The notes below the pieces were generated by a model. It worked only from the letters and a program-made list of their open reading frames with translations, ran no database searches and was not told the origin of the DNA. Shown here piece after piece: positions 1-11,847 of a stretch of 58,924 bases of DNA (position 1 is the stretch's first letter; the number at the start of each line of letters is the position of its first letter). This stretch comes from Chiloscyllium plagiosum. Taxonomy: Eukaryota. The DNA lies in assembly GCF_004010195.1 (NCBI RefSeq), contig NC_057720.1, positions 19,178,629-19,237,552 of the forward strand, read 5' to 3'. Both the position numbers and the translations under genes were made by a program.

Positions 1-271
1 ACCCACCCAGACCCATTCCCCTACATTTACCCCTGCACCTAACACTACGGGCAATTTAGCATGGCCAATTCACCTGACCTGCACATATTTGGACTGTGGG
101 AGGAAACCGGAGCACCCGGAGGAAACCCACGCAGACACGGGGAGAATGTGCAAACTCCAGACAGTCCGTCGCCTGAGGCGGGAATTGAACCTGGGTCTCT
201 GGCGCTGTGAGGCAGCAGTGCTAACCACTGTGCCACCGTGCCGCCCACACCACTGTGCCACCGTGCCGCCT
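1..271 (-). mobile_element. HE1-type tRNA-derived shark SINE (cut by window start; 5' head duplicated at 225-271)
   Basis: Reverse complement reads ggcggcacggtggcacagtggttagcactgctgcctcacagcgcc (A box) ... gggttcaattcc (B box) ... tgcacattctccccgtgtctgcgtgggtttcc. Near-identical to the copy at 7351. Confidence 0.85.
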
Positions 272-620
272 TATCAAAAGAAATTTTCCGGCTTTATCAG
301 GAAAAATGTGGTTGGAGAAAATCAAACTCAATCACACTGAAGTAAATTGTTTGGCAGATTCCAAGACTCGATCTGTCACAAATTCTAAAGAAACAAGCCT
401 TTGTTTTCAATGGGAATGTGGGCAACATGGAGGAGATCTGTCAAATTGGAAGTCAAGGATGAAAATCAAGCGAAGTATTGCAAGATATGATCAGCTCTTT
501 ATGCAATTGGACCAAATGGTTTGGCAAGAAGCTTTGTTCAGACAATTAAATTGTTGTTTAGGGTGACTTAAGAGCAAAAATCATGATCCTAAATACTGAA
601 CCTTTTTTTTGTTACCAGGA

Positions 621-1727
621 CATATGGTAGACTGCTCTGAAAGGTTAGATCGCATGGAATCCAGGGGGAACTGGCAAATTAGATTCAGAATTGGATTGCT
701 CATAGGAAGTAGAGGGTAGTAGTGAAAGGTTGCTTGTTGGACGGGAGGCCTGTGATGAGTGAAGTGCTTCAGGGGTTGGTGCTGGACCCATTGATGTTTG
801 TTTTCTATATCAATGATTTGGATGAAAATGTACAAGGTATGATTAGTAAATTTGCAGCTGACACTAAAATAGGCAGTATTGTGGACAGTGAGCAAGGTTA
901 TCAGAAATTGTAGCAGGATCTTGATCAGCTGAGGAAGTGGGCTGAGAAATGGCAAATAGAGTCTAATATAGATAACTGTGAGGTCTTGCATTTTGGAAAG
1001 TCAAATCAAGGTTGGAGTTTCGTGGTGAATGGTAAGCCCATAAGGAGTGTAGTGGAACAGAGGGACCTTGGACTTCAGTTATACGGTTCTCTGAAAGTGG
1101 AGTCCCAGGTAGACAGGGCAGTGCTAGTTTGGCACACTGGCCTTCATCAGTCAGGACATTGAGTATAGAAATTGGAAAGTTATGTTGCAGTAGTACAGGA
1201 TGTCGGTGAGGCTGCATTTGGAGTGTTGTGTTCAGCTTTGGTCAACTTCCTATAGGAAAGATGTTATTAAACTAGAAACCGTGCAGAGAAATTTACAAGA
1301 ATGTTGCCAGGGCTCAACAGTCTGAGTTATAGGAAGAGGTTGGACACGCCAGGACTTTTTCTTACAGAAGTTTGAGATCCTGAGAGTCATGGATAGGGTG
1401 TATGCACTCAGTCTTTTTCCCAGGCTGGGGACCAAAGACTAGAAGGTATCAGTTTAAGGATAGAGAGGAAAGAATAAAAGGGAACTTGAGGGGCAATGTT
1501 TTTACACAGGGTGGTATGCTTTTGGAATAAGCTGCCAGTGGAAGTGGTTGAGATGGGTACATTAACCATGTTTAAAAGGCATTTGGCCAATTATATGGAC
1601 AGGAAAGATTTAAAAGAATATGGGCCAAGTGCAGGGAAATGGTGTTAGCGTTGATGAACATTTTGGTCAGCATGGACCAGTTTGGGCCAAAGGGCCCGTC
1701 TCCGTGCTGTGGGACTCTATGGTTCTG
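621..1727 (+). mobile_element. CR1/HER1-type LINE 3' fragment (decayed RT and 3' tail)
   Basis: Decayed [27 protein letters not shown] motif (ORF 722..913). Tail ggaccag...gggccaaagggcc...gactctat. Confidence 0.85.
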
Positions 1728-3927
1728 TAACACAACCCATTTGATGATTCAAAGTTCTCCAGCATTTGCTCATGGTAAAGTGTCAGTTGCATATGGTATC
1801 TGATTTTGTAAAACCACCCATGATAAAGACTTTGTTGACAAGAAACATCTGAATTGGTTTTTCCAAAGAGAGACCGAGACCAAATGTCAGTTTTTCATAA
1901 AGGTTAAGAAGTGTTGACCTACAGGTGGTAAGTGTGTGCCAGCCATCGTTGTGGAACAGACTGGACCACTTTCCTATACCATACATCAAGAGACAATATA
2001 GGATGGAGAAGACATGCAGATCATCTCTTGGCAATCAGACCAAATATGCCAGGGAACATTCTTTGAAGATCAACATAGAACTCTGCCAAATAGAGACCTG
2101 GATATACTTGAGGACAGAATGATAAAATAAACAATAGTACTGGAGCATCGGAGGGAGACAGTGGCTTAGTGGAGAATGCCATGACATGTGTGAACCTCTG
2201 AACACTGTTGTCTCAGGAAAAGACAATAACAGATAAAGTTCCTAGTACACCTAAAACACCAGAGGTTTAAAACCAATGAGAAAAATAAACAGATGCCTGT
2301 GGTGCACAACAGACACACAGGATTGGACTTTCTCCAGAATGTCTTAGTTACAGACAACTGTTTCTGATTGTAAATGTTGTGAATGTTTTCATTGCAGGAA
2401 ATTCTGATGTATAGTAAAAAGGGAGGGATGTTGCACATTTGGTCAAGCTTAGTGAAATGCCACTTTAAGAATATGATCATGTGATGCAATGACATTATTG
2501 ACCATTTTGGGCAGATAAATCACACTCTGTAACCATGCTGCTTGTAAAGTGAGCATCCTCATATTAAAGCTCCTGCTGTTTAACGCTTTGGCCTCCTGGT
2601 CCTTCTTAAAACTTAACTCACTGGGTCATGCACTGGAAATCGAGCTTTACTATTGAGTTGTCTCAACCTTGGGTATTTAATGAAACTATTAAAAATCCTA
2701 ATTTGCCTCTTACTGACTGATACCAGGGATAAAAGCAAACCATACCAAGTTTCTTCAGTAATGATAAGAAAAAGCTCTATTTTTTATAATACTCTTAATC
2801 TCAATAAGACAGTAAAAGAATAGGATTTTGAATTATATATCTTAAACTTAGTTCTTTTTAAAATTTTCACAAACACTGCAAAGACATTAAAAAAGAAAAA
2901 AAGGCAAATATCAGGAGTGGAGGGAGTCCAAATCACAAAATTAGATGTGTTGGTTTCCTTATTCCTTTGATTCTTTGATGCTTTGGTGTTTGTTACCTAC
3001 TCCATGATGATCAGTCTGTAGTTTACTTGTTGTTTGGTTGGACCCCAGGATTTTTCTGATTGCCTTGGGATTTTAGAATTGTTTCTTTCTGTATCTCCAA
3101 GTATCATTTTTCTGTTCTTTCAACAGAAAATTGGAGAGAAAAGCCTCAGTGTAAGAGAGGCGAGAAATATTATTCAAATGAGTTTCTGGAGGTCTTCATG
3201 CTTATCTTATTTTCATTCCCTTCAAAGAATGTGTGTTAAGTTGAATTCTGACCAACTAGAGGGTTGTTACTATGCTGAGCTGACCTGAAGTAGTAACTAA
3301 TAGCCCAATTGATCTGGACTCAATGTCCCCAAAAAGCGACATTATCTCAGATGATTTTTCAAAGCTGCAAACATCATCTACATTCTCCCCCTTTTCAAAA
3401 CAGATTTGATTTTTCTAATTTTCAGTCCATATTCAAAAATGCAACAATGTGATCTCTTGCATAGTGGGTTAAGTATATTTTTATTTTAATGCTTTTATCC
3501 ATTTAAAAATAAATGAAATCTAATATGAGCATTCTGAAAGGCTGTGTTTTGGTTGACCTATTAACTTTGACACAATTGCAGTCTTGGATTCAAATATCTC
3601 TAGTCAGATGGTTGAATTTGCTGACAGCATTGTTGAGTTTTAATCACTTGTAGCTTTAATAATTTGTAGCTAAGACCAAGGTGGGAGGTTTACTGAAATG
3701 AAACCTGTCAAAAAGAGAGGAGAAACCACCTTTAATTGATTGGTCCAGTACATCTGGCAAGGTAATTGTTTTAAAACAAAATGTTGAAGTGTCTTCATCT
3801 TGGTTTCTCCAACTTAAAGCAAATGTGAAGATGATTGATGTTGAAGGGGGGAATGTATGAACTGAGAAGTTCAGATGAAACTAGACAACTAAACAGTTTG
3901 CAGTAGTGTTATCTTTTTAATCCCCAG

Positions 3928-4056
3928 GCAAAACAGCAATTAAATCTTCGAACCCACATGGCCGATGAATGCAAAAATGAATATGCTGCACAACTGCAGA
4001 ACTTCAATAGTGAACAACAAAAGCATTTCCAGTTCATCATGCCTCAGATTTTTAAG
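3928..4056 (+). CDS. FNBP1L: FNBP1L coding exon, F-BAR domain (AKQQLNLRTHMADECKNEYAAQLQNFNSEQQKHFQFIMPQIFK)
   Basis: tccccAG acceptor and AAG|GTaatt donor; 129 nt, phase 0-0. The peptide closely matches FNBP1L/Toca-1 F-BAR sequence as I recall it. Upstream exons lie outside the window. Confidence 0.95.
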
Positions 4057-4571
4057 GTAATTCAGTTTCCTTCCATGCTTTCCTGGATTGTTTGGAATCG
4101 GGAGGCCAATCAATGCAGATTGCAAGTGTCTGTAACCCCTATCTTCTGTGTTGTGACTTGAAGATCCTAAAAATGGGAGAAAATTAACATGTTGTTTATT
4201 TTGAATGTATAAATTTTTATATTCCGTTTTAGTGGTGACTTACATTACCACTGAATTTTAAAATCATTTTGAAATAATCTAAGTAGGGGTGGCGAAGTAG
4301 CTGCAATGCTGCACTTCTGTCACCTTGTCTATTCTGAATCTTGGACTCAATTGATGGTCCTACTCAGGCTCGTCTTGGAGAAATTATTTGTTTGCTTGAT
4401 TCCATTTTGTAATTGTCCCTGAATTCAACTTTTCCGAGCTATAGTAAACTTGTATCAGATTCGGGTTAAATGGAAGAGCTTTTGGATTTGAAGAAGGATA
4501 ATCCATAAAAATGTGCGGTGGTCATTCCTACCAGTATAATCAAGATACATCTGTGAGGATGAGTTAGAGTA

Positions 4572-4905
4572 TCATAGAATCCCTACAGTGTCGAAAGAGA
4601 CCATTTGCTCCATCAAATCTGCACTCACTCCCCAAACAGCATCCGACCCAGACCCTCCCCCTACCTCCATAACCCTGTATTTGTCATGACTGATCCACCA
4701 AGCTCACACATCCCTGGACATTGAGAAATTTAGCATGGCCAATCCATTTAACTTGCACATTGTTGGATTATGGGAGGAAATCAGAGCACCTGCTGGAAAC
4801 CCACACAGACACAGGGAGAATATGCAAACTCCATGCAGACAATCACCCAAGGCTGGAATTGAACCAAGGTCCCTAGCACTGAGTGGCCCCAGTGCTAATC
4901 ACTGA
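4572..4905 (-). mobile_element. Degenerate HE1-type SINE
   Basis: Similar to 1-245 (tttagcatggccaatcca...gggaggaaa...cacagggagaa...ggctggaattgaacc). Confidence 0.75.
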
Positions 4906-5216
4906 AGCCTGAGAGTTATTTTTCTCCTCAAATTAATTCTTTCAACATGTGCTAGAAGTCCAGTTTGGCAGCTATGCCCTCAGGATCCAGACAGCTTAAT
5001 CAGTGTGTTGCAACTGAGCTGTTTTTGCTGATGGACATTGAAGTCTACCCATATTCAAATTACATTTTATACTGTACAGAATTTCCCAGTTTCTTCCTTT
5101 TATCCTCCAGAGTAATGTTAATAATTTTGTCCTCATAATGCTTAAGATGTCTTTAATTACAAGTACAGATAGTTCTTCTATAACACAATGCTTGTGTTCT
5201 TGTGCAACCCTGCATT

Positions 5217-5303
5217 CCTGAAGAAGAGCTTATGCCCGAAACGTCGATTCTCCTGTTCCCTGGATGCTGCCTGACCTGCTGCGCTTTTCCAGCAACACAT
5301 TTT
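5217..5303 (+). mobile_element. 87-bp Penelope-terminus insert with a hammerhead motif (CTGAAGA-A-GAGC-TTAT-GCCC-GAAACGTC, 5218-5245)
   Basis: Flanked by the perfect 12-bp direct repeat CAACCCTGCATT (5205-5216 and 5304-5315). The body resembles the 3' end of the Penelope element at 22006-22845. One stem II mismatch. Confidence 0.85.
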
Positions 5304-5599
5304 CAACCCTGCATTATAGAAAAATTGCGCTTTAGAAACAGCGCTTAAAGTTTTGGCGATGTAATCGTGTTACAGCCAACACATTTTAGAAGTAGTGTCC
5401 CCAATTCGTCAATTGCTTTGTTACCGAAGCGTGCATTATAATAGAGCAACCTGGACTGTACAAGTGCAAGTTATCAACACTAATACTTTATCCAAAGAAT
5501 TGTCATTTATGTCTGGAATTTGCCCATTTTAAACTTTTGTTTAAAAGAAAAGTTGTGAAATGGTTACAATCTATCCTAAATGAGAACTTAATTTTACAG

Positions 5600-5746
5600 A
5601 ATCTGCAAGACATGGATGAGCGAAGAATTGTCAAATTAAGTGAGTGTTACAGAGGATTTGCAGAAGCTGAGCGTAGAGTTGTTCCAATTATCAATAAATG
5701 TTTAGAGGGAATGATCAGCGCTGCAAAGTCTGTGGATGATCGCAAA
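5600..5746 (+). CDS. FNBP1L: FNBP1L coding exon, F-BAR (NLQDMDERRIVKLSECYRGFAEAERRVVPIINKCLEGMISAAKSVDDRK)
   Basis: ttttacAG acceptor and AAA|GTaagt donor; 147 nt, phase 0-0. Lies inside ORF 5537..5797. Confidence 0.95.
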
Positions 5747-6728
5747 GTAAGTATAGTTGAGAGCTATAATGAAAAAGCACACAAAATACTTATGTAATTT
5801 CAATGTCAGTAAGTTGGATTGTTGAGAAGTTGAACCTGGAGTGGCTAATCTTCCAGGTGGCAGGACTTTTGTGGGAGGGCACTGTTGAGTTTTTTGAGTG
5901 GGGAGGTGAGGTGGTGAAGAGGAAACCTAGCAAAAGAAAAACAGAAATTCAATGTTAAATGTTCCATTTCAGTACTGTTACTTATTACAAATTGTGTGTT
6001 TGGCAGATGATTGCTGTGTGGACAGCAAGGTTCATAGAATTTGACTTTTAAATTAATTTTATTTGTGCTGTCTCAATCAGATATGACTTTTTTCTTTGAT
6101 TTGGTAATAAAGGAATAAAATGTACTTAATGATTAAAGGATCATAATCTTAAGAGCTTGAAGTGGATTTTAATTGTTTGATGTAATTAAATTTTGAAAAG
6201 AGGCTTTAATCAAACGTTTGTTCTATTATGTATCGTTTTTAAAATCTAACCAGTTGTGATTTGTGTTAAATCTGGATTTTTTTTTTGTCTCCTTTGCAAG
6301 TCAAAAATTTAAAACTCAGTTGTTTAACAAAGAAATATTGAAAAGTGTTGCATATGTTGTGTTACTCCCTAAGGTGCTGGTGGTAACTCCCTCATTGGGT
6401 CAGTTATATTCTAAGTCTTCTTATCAGGTCAGCTGTAGGAGTGCTTTAAAGTCCTGGACATTTCTCCATTTAATCATTAATGTCAGGGTATATGTGGTTA
6501 TTGTGTGAAGATGGGGTTAAGATTGGGATTGGCTGTGACAGCCTCGTGGTTGAAAAGGCCTTCATACTTCAAGCTTATGCTTGAAGACTGACAATTTGAG
6601 AGTGGTGTCGATGGGATAGTCTCCCAGCAGGATTCAATGTCTTCAAGAATGAACAAAGTTAGTAAAAGAAGAAAATAACTGTGTGCTATTGAAAATACAC
6701 TTAATATTAACTTTTTTTTTCTTATTAG

Positions 6729-6929
6729 GACTCTCTGATAGTAGTGGAATCCTTTAAATCAGGTTTTGAACCTCCTGGAGACTTTCCATTTGAAGACTTC
6801 AGCCAGAATATTTATAGGACAGTGTCTGATGGCAGTCTGAGTGCGCAAAGACAAGAGATGAGGGGGGACCAGAAGTACACAATAGGAAAAAGCAAAGGAA
6901 AACTTTGGCCTTTTGGCAAGAAAAGCAAG
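6729..6929 (+). CDS. FNBP1L: FNBP1L coding exon, end of F-BAR and linker ([26 protein letters not shown]...[11 protein letters not shown])
   Basis: Poly-T tract then ttattAG acceptor; AAG|GTaatg donor; 201 nt. Contains the CIP4-family [14 protein letters not shown] motif. Confidence 0.95.
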
Positions 6930-7350
6930 GTAATGTTGAGTTTCTCTTTACTTTATCGAACAAGCAGTTTGTAAGAAAAAGTTGTCCAATAGATATTAAC
7001 TCCATCTCTCTTTCTAGTAATTATCTGAAGCTGAACTAGATTATTCACAACATTGGTGTCATATGAGATGAGCTTCTGACCTTTTTTTGGTTTTTACCAG
7101 ATGTTGGTTATTTGTTCAAGGGATGTGAGTGCTATTGCCTAGACCAGCATTTACTGCCCACCCCTCACTGACCTGCAAAAAGCTGATGGTGAGCTTCCTC
7201 CTTAAACTGCTGCAGTCCTTGAAACATGACTGAGACTGTTTACTTCTATCTTTTTAACATTGCTTAACCACTCTTGCTCCAGAACATCTGCTTCAGTGTC
7301 ATCCACACTTAAGTATGACTAATCATACTTGAGATCATCTAGAATTCTGA

Positions 7351-7657
7351 GGGCGGCACGGTGGCACAGTGGTTAGCACTGCTGCCTCACAGCGCCTGAG
7401 ACCCGGGTTCAATTCCCACCTCAGGCGACTGACTGTGTGGAGTTTGCACGTTCTCCCTGTGTCTGCGTGGGTTTCCTCCGGGTGCTCCAGTTTCCTCCCA
7501 CAGTCCAAAGATGTGCAGGTCAGGTGAATTGGCCATGTAGTGTTAGATAAGGGGTAAATGTAGGGGCATGGGTGGGTTGCGCTTCGGCGGGTTGGTGTGG
7601 ATTTGTTGGGCCGAAGGGCCTGTTTCCACGCTGTAATGTAATCTAATCTAATCTAAT
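7351..7657 (+). mobile_element. Full-length HE1-type SINE
   Basis: tRNA-like head with A/B boxes, conserved body, and a CR1-type tail gggccgaagggcctgtttccacgctgta followed by (atcta)n. Confidence 0.9.
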
Positions 7658-8490
7658 TCCCTCTACTGTTGGTCCTTACTTGCATTGAGTGCCATTCACC
7701 CATAACTTTATGCTTTTTGCAGACCCACGCTGGCTTCTTTTTAAGCAATGTTGCATTTTTAAAATTCTCGCTTTGTTTTCATTCTCCTCCATGGCTTTAC
7801 CACTCTCAAAGAACAAATGGAACAAAGTGCAAAGACAATTACAGCACAGGAACAGGCCCTTCAGCCCTGCAAGCCTGCGCTGATCCAGATCCTCTATCTA
7901 AACCTGCCGCCTATTGTCTAAAGATCTGTATCCCTCTGTTCCCCGCTCATTCATGTATCTGTCTAGATCTCTCTTATTTCTCCCCATCTCTAATCTCTTT
8001 CTTCTGAAAAACCTTCAGGATGCCTGTGCTTACCTCATTTTTAAGCTTTTCTGATTTTAATTGCTCCACCATTGGTGATCATGACTTGAATTGCTTAGCC
8101 TCTAAGTTCTGGAATTTCCTCTCAAGTTCTCTTTCTCTCCATTGAGCCACTTCATAAAACTTGTCTCTCTAAGTAATTTTTTGACTAGTCTTAAGCGTTG
8201 TGTCAAATGATATAATTAAGCGTTTTGCTAAATCATTTCAGAGGGCCATCAGCCAGGTTGCCATAGGACTGTGGACCAGACTAGGTTTGGATGATAAAAC
8301 AAGGCAATGCCCTGGTCACTTTACTGATCCCAGCTTTTATGTGCAGAATTTTGAAGTTATGGAGTTGTGTATACATTTCTTGGATAAATAATTCAGACCT
8401 CTGGAACACTAGACAAAAGCTACTGCACAAAATTTCTCATTCCACCACACACACAGTTTTGTTGGATGTGTTTGTAATTCATTGGGAGAG

Positions 8491-8704
8491 AGTGAGGACT
8501 GCAGATGCTATAGAGTCAGAGTTGACAAATGTGGCACTGGAAAAGCACAGCAGGTTAGGCAGCATCCGAAGAGCAGGAAATTCAACGTTTCAGGCATAAG
8601 ATCTTCATCAGGAAAGGGCTAATGCCTGAAACGTCAACTTTCCTGCTCCGCGGATGCTGCCTGACCTGCTGTGCTTTTTCCAGTGTCACACTTGTGGACT
8701 CTGG
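8491..8704. mobile_element. Fold-back (inverted pair) Penelope-terminus element with decayed hammerhead motifs
   Basis: The left arm is the reverse complement of the pLTR (minus strand reads cctgatgaagatcttatgcctgaaacgtt). The right arm is the forward copy gggctaatgcctgaaacgtc...ctgctgtgctttttccag. Confidence 0.8.
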
Positions 8705-9354
8705 AAATTGATTTGAGAAATGGGAGGCAGATTTGGAAATGCTCTGATTAGTTGGATGGCACATATAATGCTCCTTACAAATCTATTTTGAGGCCTTAGC
8801 CTTTCAATATGTATGTATTAATGATTTGAATTAAGAATTAGAGAGTTGGGATTCTGCTTGCTGATGACATTAAGTTTTCTGGCAAAGCAAGGCATGTTGA
8901 TTGGAGCAAGAAATTAAAAAGGCATATTGACAAATTGATTGAGTGGGTAATGTCTAAGGCTGATAGCCTTTGATGTGAGCAAGTGTGAGGTTGTTCACCA
9001 TAGTTTAGATTTGAGAAAGAAAATAAGAGCATGCTCTTAAGAAATGAGGAGCTGTGAATGATATGAGTAATCCCCAAGCAAGGTTCACCACTCCTTATCC
9101 AACAGTTTAATAATGTAAGGAATCTAGTCTAGAACCATAACAAATTGGCTCACCTTAGTTATTCATGTGCCCTCCTTATTAGATTGCATAAAGATTAATT
9201 TTGAAGTTCTCATGTGGATACCGTTCTTCCAGATGCAAATGAATTTATATTTTAAAAGGTGCCAATTTAAGCAGCTTTCTTGAATTAACAAGAAGTGAGT
9301 TTATTGATTACTAAATACACCAAGATAAAGAAATACAGCACACACAGATTAGTT

Positions 9355-9812
9355 CCAGTAAGATGGTGGCAGAGTGGGACATTCAAGCCGGAGCTCCTTT
9401 GCTCTGCCCATTCTTTTTCTTCTTCTTCTCTTTATTCTCCCTCTCTCCTCCTTTCTCTCCCTTCTTTGGGCCCCGGCCTCCGGAATGGATGCCAGTAGTT
9501 CAGTGCGGAGCAGGGACATTGGTGACCAGTTGCCCAGTGCAGCGCATGGTGGCAGCCAGTGGTCAGACCTATGCACTGGTCTGCCATGGAGAGCCCCTGC
9601 GCAGAGACTGAGGTTTGTCTTTTTACCTTTGCTTCTTGATTTTCTGACCTATGGTTTTCCCACGTATAGCTGTAATGTCACTTTATTTTTCTTTTCACTA
9701 TTCTGAAACTAAGGATTATACCTTTTTTTAATCAAAGATGGCGCTATAAATTGCGATTTATAACTTTTCACTGTTCTCATTTGAGTACGTGACAATAAAG
9801 CTAATTCAATTA
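9355..9812 (+). mobile_element. Unclassified non-LTR-like interspersed element
   Basis: Begins with aagatggtggc, has a CT-rich tract, and ends gtgacaataaagctaattcaatt. A similar tail closes 45690-46345. Confidence 0.35.
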
Positions 9813-10683
9813 GAAATACGAGGTGAGTCCAAAAATATAAAGTTTAGAAAAGGCTGATCAGTCTCTGATTTGTTTCTGAAGAGTGGAGAGTTGAATGTTA
9901 TGGCTGTTGGGAGTGGGTGCTACTGGTAGCGTTGACATTCAGTTGATGTTGAACAATTCATTTTGAGATGCTTGTTTTTGCAGTTTGATTTTAAACTTGA
10001 TTTTTGGTCCTGATTCTTCTTGACAAATGCTTCTGGCTACCTGGCTTCTGGACTCAGTAAGGAAGTTCTTTTGTTATTTTGTTTCCTTGCAACTAGCTTG
10101 CAACACTGAGAATTTTATGGTTCTCCTTTCTTTATCTTCATTGCAGAGATGTTAAGTGATGGTTCTCTAAACTGTGACCTTTATAGTATGCTAGTTCACT
10201 CACTAGGACATCAGGCCACTACTGCACATAGATAGTGTTGCTGTTAGTTTTCAAACCCCATTTTTGAATGTTCCAAAGCATGCAAATTATAGTCATAGAG
10301 TCATAGAGATGTACAGCATGGAAACAGACCGTTTGGTCCAACCCGTCCATGCCGACCAGATATCCCAACCCAATCTCGTCTCACTTGCCATCACCCAGAA
10401 GGCTGTGGCTTTTTACTTGAGAGATAGAGTTAGTCAGCACCCTCGTTATCTCTTTCTGCAACTTTTATCTCTCTCTTTGAAGTTTCCCTGACACTCTACA
10501 GATGCAACATTCCACTGGCCCCATTCAGGACATTGCCAGATAATGGCTGAATATACATTTGCAGTCATTTTCTTTGTATAATTTTTAAAAAAAAAACACA
10601 TTTTGTCGTTAAAAGTAAACAATGTTCTACATATGCCAGGTTCTGACCTATCATAAGAAGCAAAATGAATTAAATATCCATAT

Positions 10684-10920
10684 TTATCCCCTCACATTTA
10701 TTAAATTAAACTCAGTCTGCCACTTCTCAGTCCATTGGCCCATCTGATCAAGATCCTGTTGTAATCCGAGGTAACCTTCTTTGCTGTCCACTATACCTCC
10801 AATTTTGGTGTCATCTGCAAACTTGCTAACAATACCTCTTATGCTCAAATCCAAATCATTTATATAAATGATGAAAAGTAGTGGACCCAGCACCAATCCT
10901 TGTGGCACTCCACTGGTGAT
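10684..10920 (-). mobile_element. CR1 LINE RT fragment
   Basis: ORF 10684..10947 encodes [22 protein letters not shown]...[11 protein letters not shown]. Confidence 0.85.
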
Positions 10921-11688
10921 TGTTTGTTCTCCATGAAGTACAAACATTTGATTAATTATGCTGCAATGTTTTTCATAAAAGTAATAAATGTAAATCTCAC
11001 AAATAAATCGCTTTATTTACTGTTAATTGTGTGTATTCCTGCAATTGATGATTCACTATTGGAGCATTCTATTTTCTTCTTTGCTAAGACTAATAATTGT
11101 TTCACCATGTAAATTGATTTTATCTATACTTGACTGAACTTTTCTTTTCCACTGTAGATATTCCTATTAATTAAGCGTTAACTGTTTTTGATTTCCTTGC
11201 GATGTTCCATATTTTTAGATCTTTGCACTCATCTATATAATATAGCACAATATTGCATTATTAACCTATTTTGGATGACTGTTACAGGAAAATGCATAGG
11301 TAGAAAAGTTACTTTATACCTTTAGATTTAGAAGTGTATAACACTTTTGTGGTCTCTTTATTTCTCCTTTTATTTGATTAAAATGTAGTTGGTCGTAAAA
11401 TCCTGTTATTTTTGTATTCTGTCTTTCTTGTCACTATAGTCAGCTGAACTGAGGTGTGTATATTGACAAACCACAAAACAGATTAGACGATGGGCACTGT
11501 TCATTCCACATTGCCTAACCAGTCTTTTAAACTTTTGAATGTCTGGCACATTTTATTGCATGTAACCTTTTAAGCAAAATCTAAATTAATACAATTTGAG
11601 AAAACCCATAACTTCTTTTTTGGCCCTTCTCCATTTTGACTTCATTTTCCTTAAGTTTGTAGTTCATTTCCTTTTCTTGTTTTGTTAG

Positions 11689-11847
11689 CTGCTATTCCCT
11701 CCCCTCTCCCCCACCACTTCTTGCTCATCCTTTGATCCATATGGGCTTCAGACTCCCAGGTTTTCCAGGGATCCACTGTCTTACTGTATGAATGAATTAA
11801 AGACAGTGAAACCCAGAATTCCTTCTTTCAAGAATTTCAAAAGAGGG
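11689..11847 (+). CDS. FNBP1L: FNBP1L cassette exon (LLFPPLSPTTSCSSFDPYGLQTPRFSRDPLSYCMNELKTVKPRIPSFKNFKRG)
   Basis: Polypyrimidine tract and tttgttAG acceptor; GGG|GTaagt donor; 159 nt, frame-preserving. The C-terminal half matches the recalled YCMNEIKTGKPRIPSFRSLKRG alternative exon of mammalian FNBP1L. Not in the ORF track. Confidence 0.88.

Noticed and set aside
45..340. Short ORFs (VAQWLALLPHS..., DCGRKPEHPEETHAD...), also at 32382-32626
   Set aside because: These are translations of the HE1 SINE, not proteins.
6568..6587. Small hairpin cttcaagc-ttat-gcttgaag as a ribozyme or terminator
   Set aside because: No hammerhead core around it; an isolated 8-bp stem is not enough evidence.
7351..7425. 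tRNA gene
   Set aside because: The A/B boxes belong to a SINE head that continues into the SINE body and tail.
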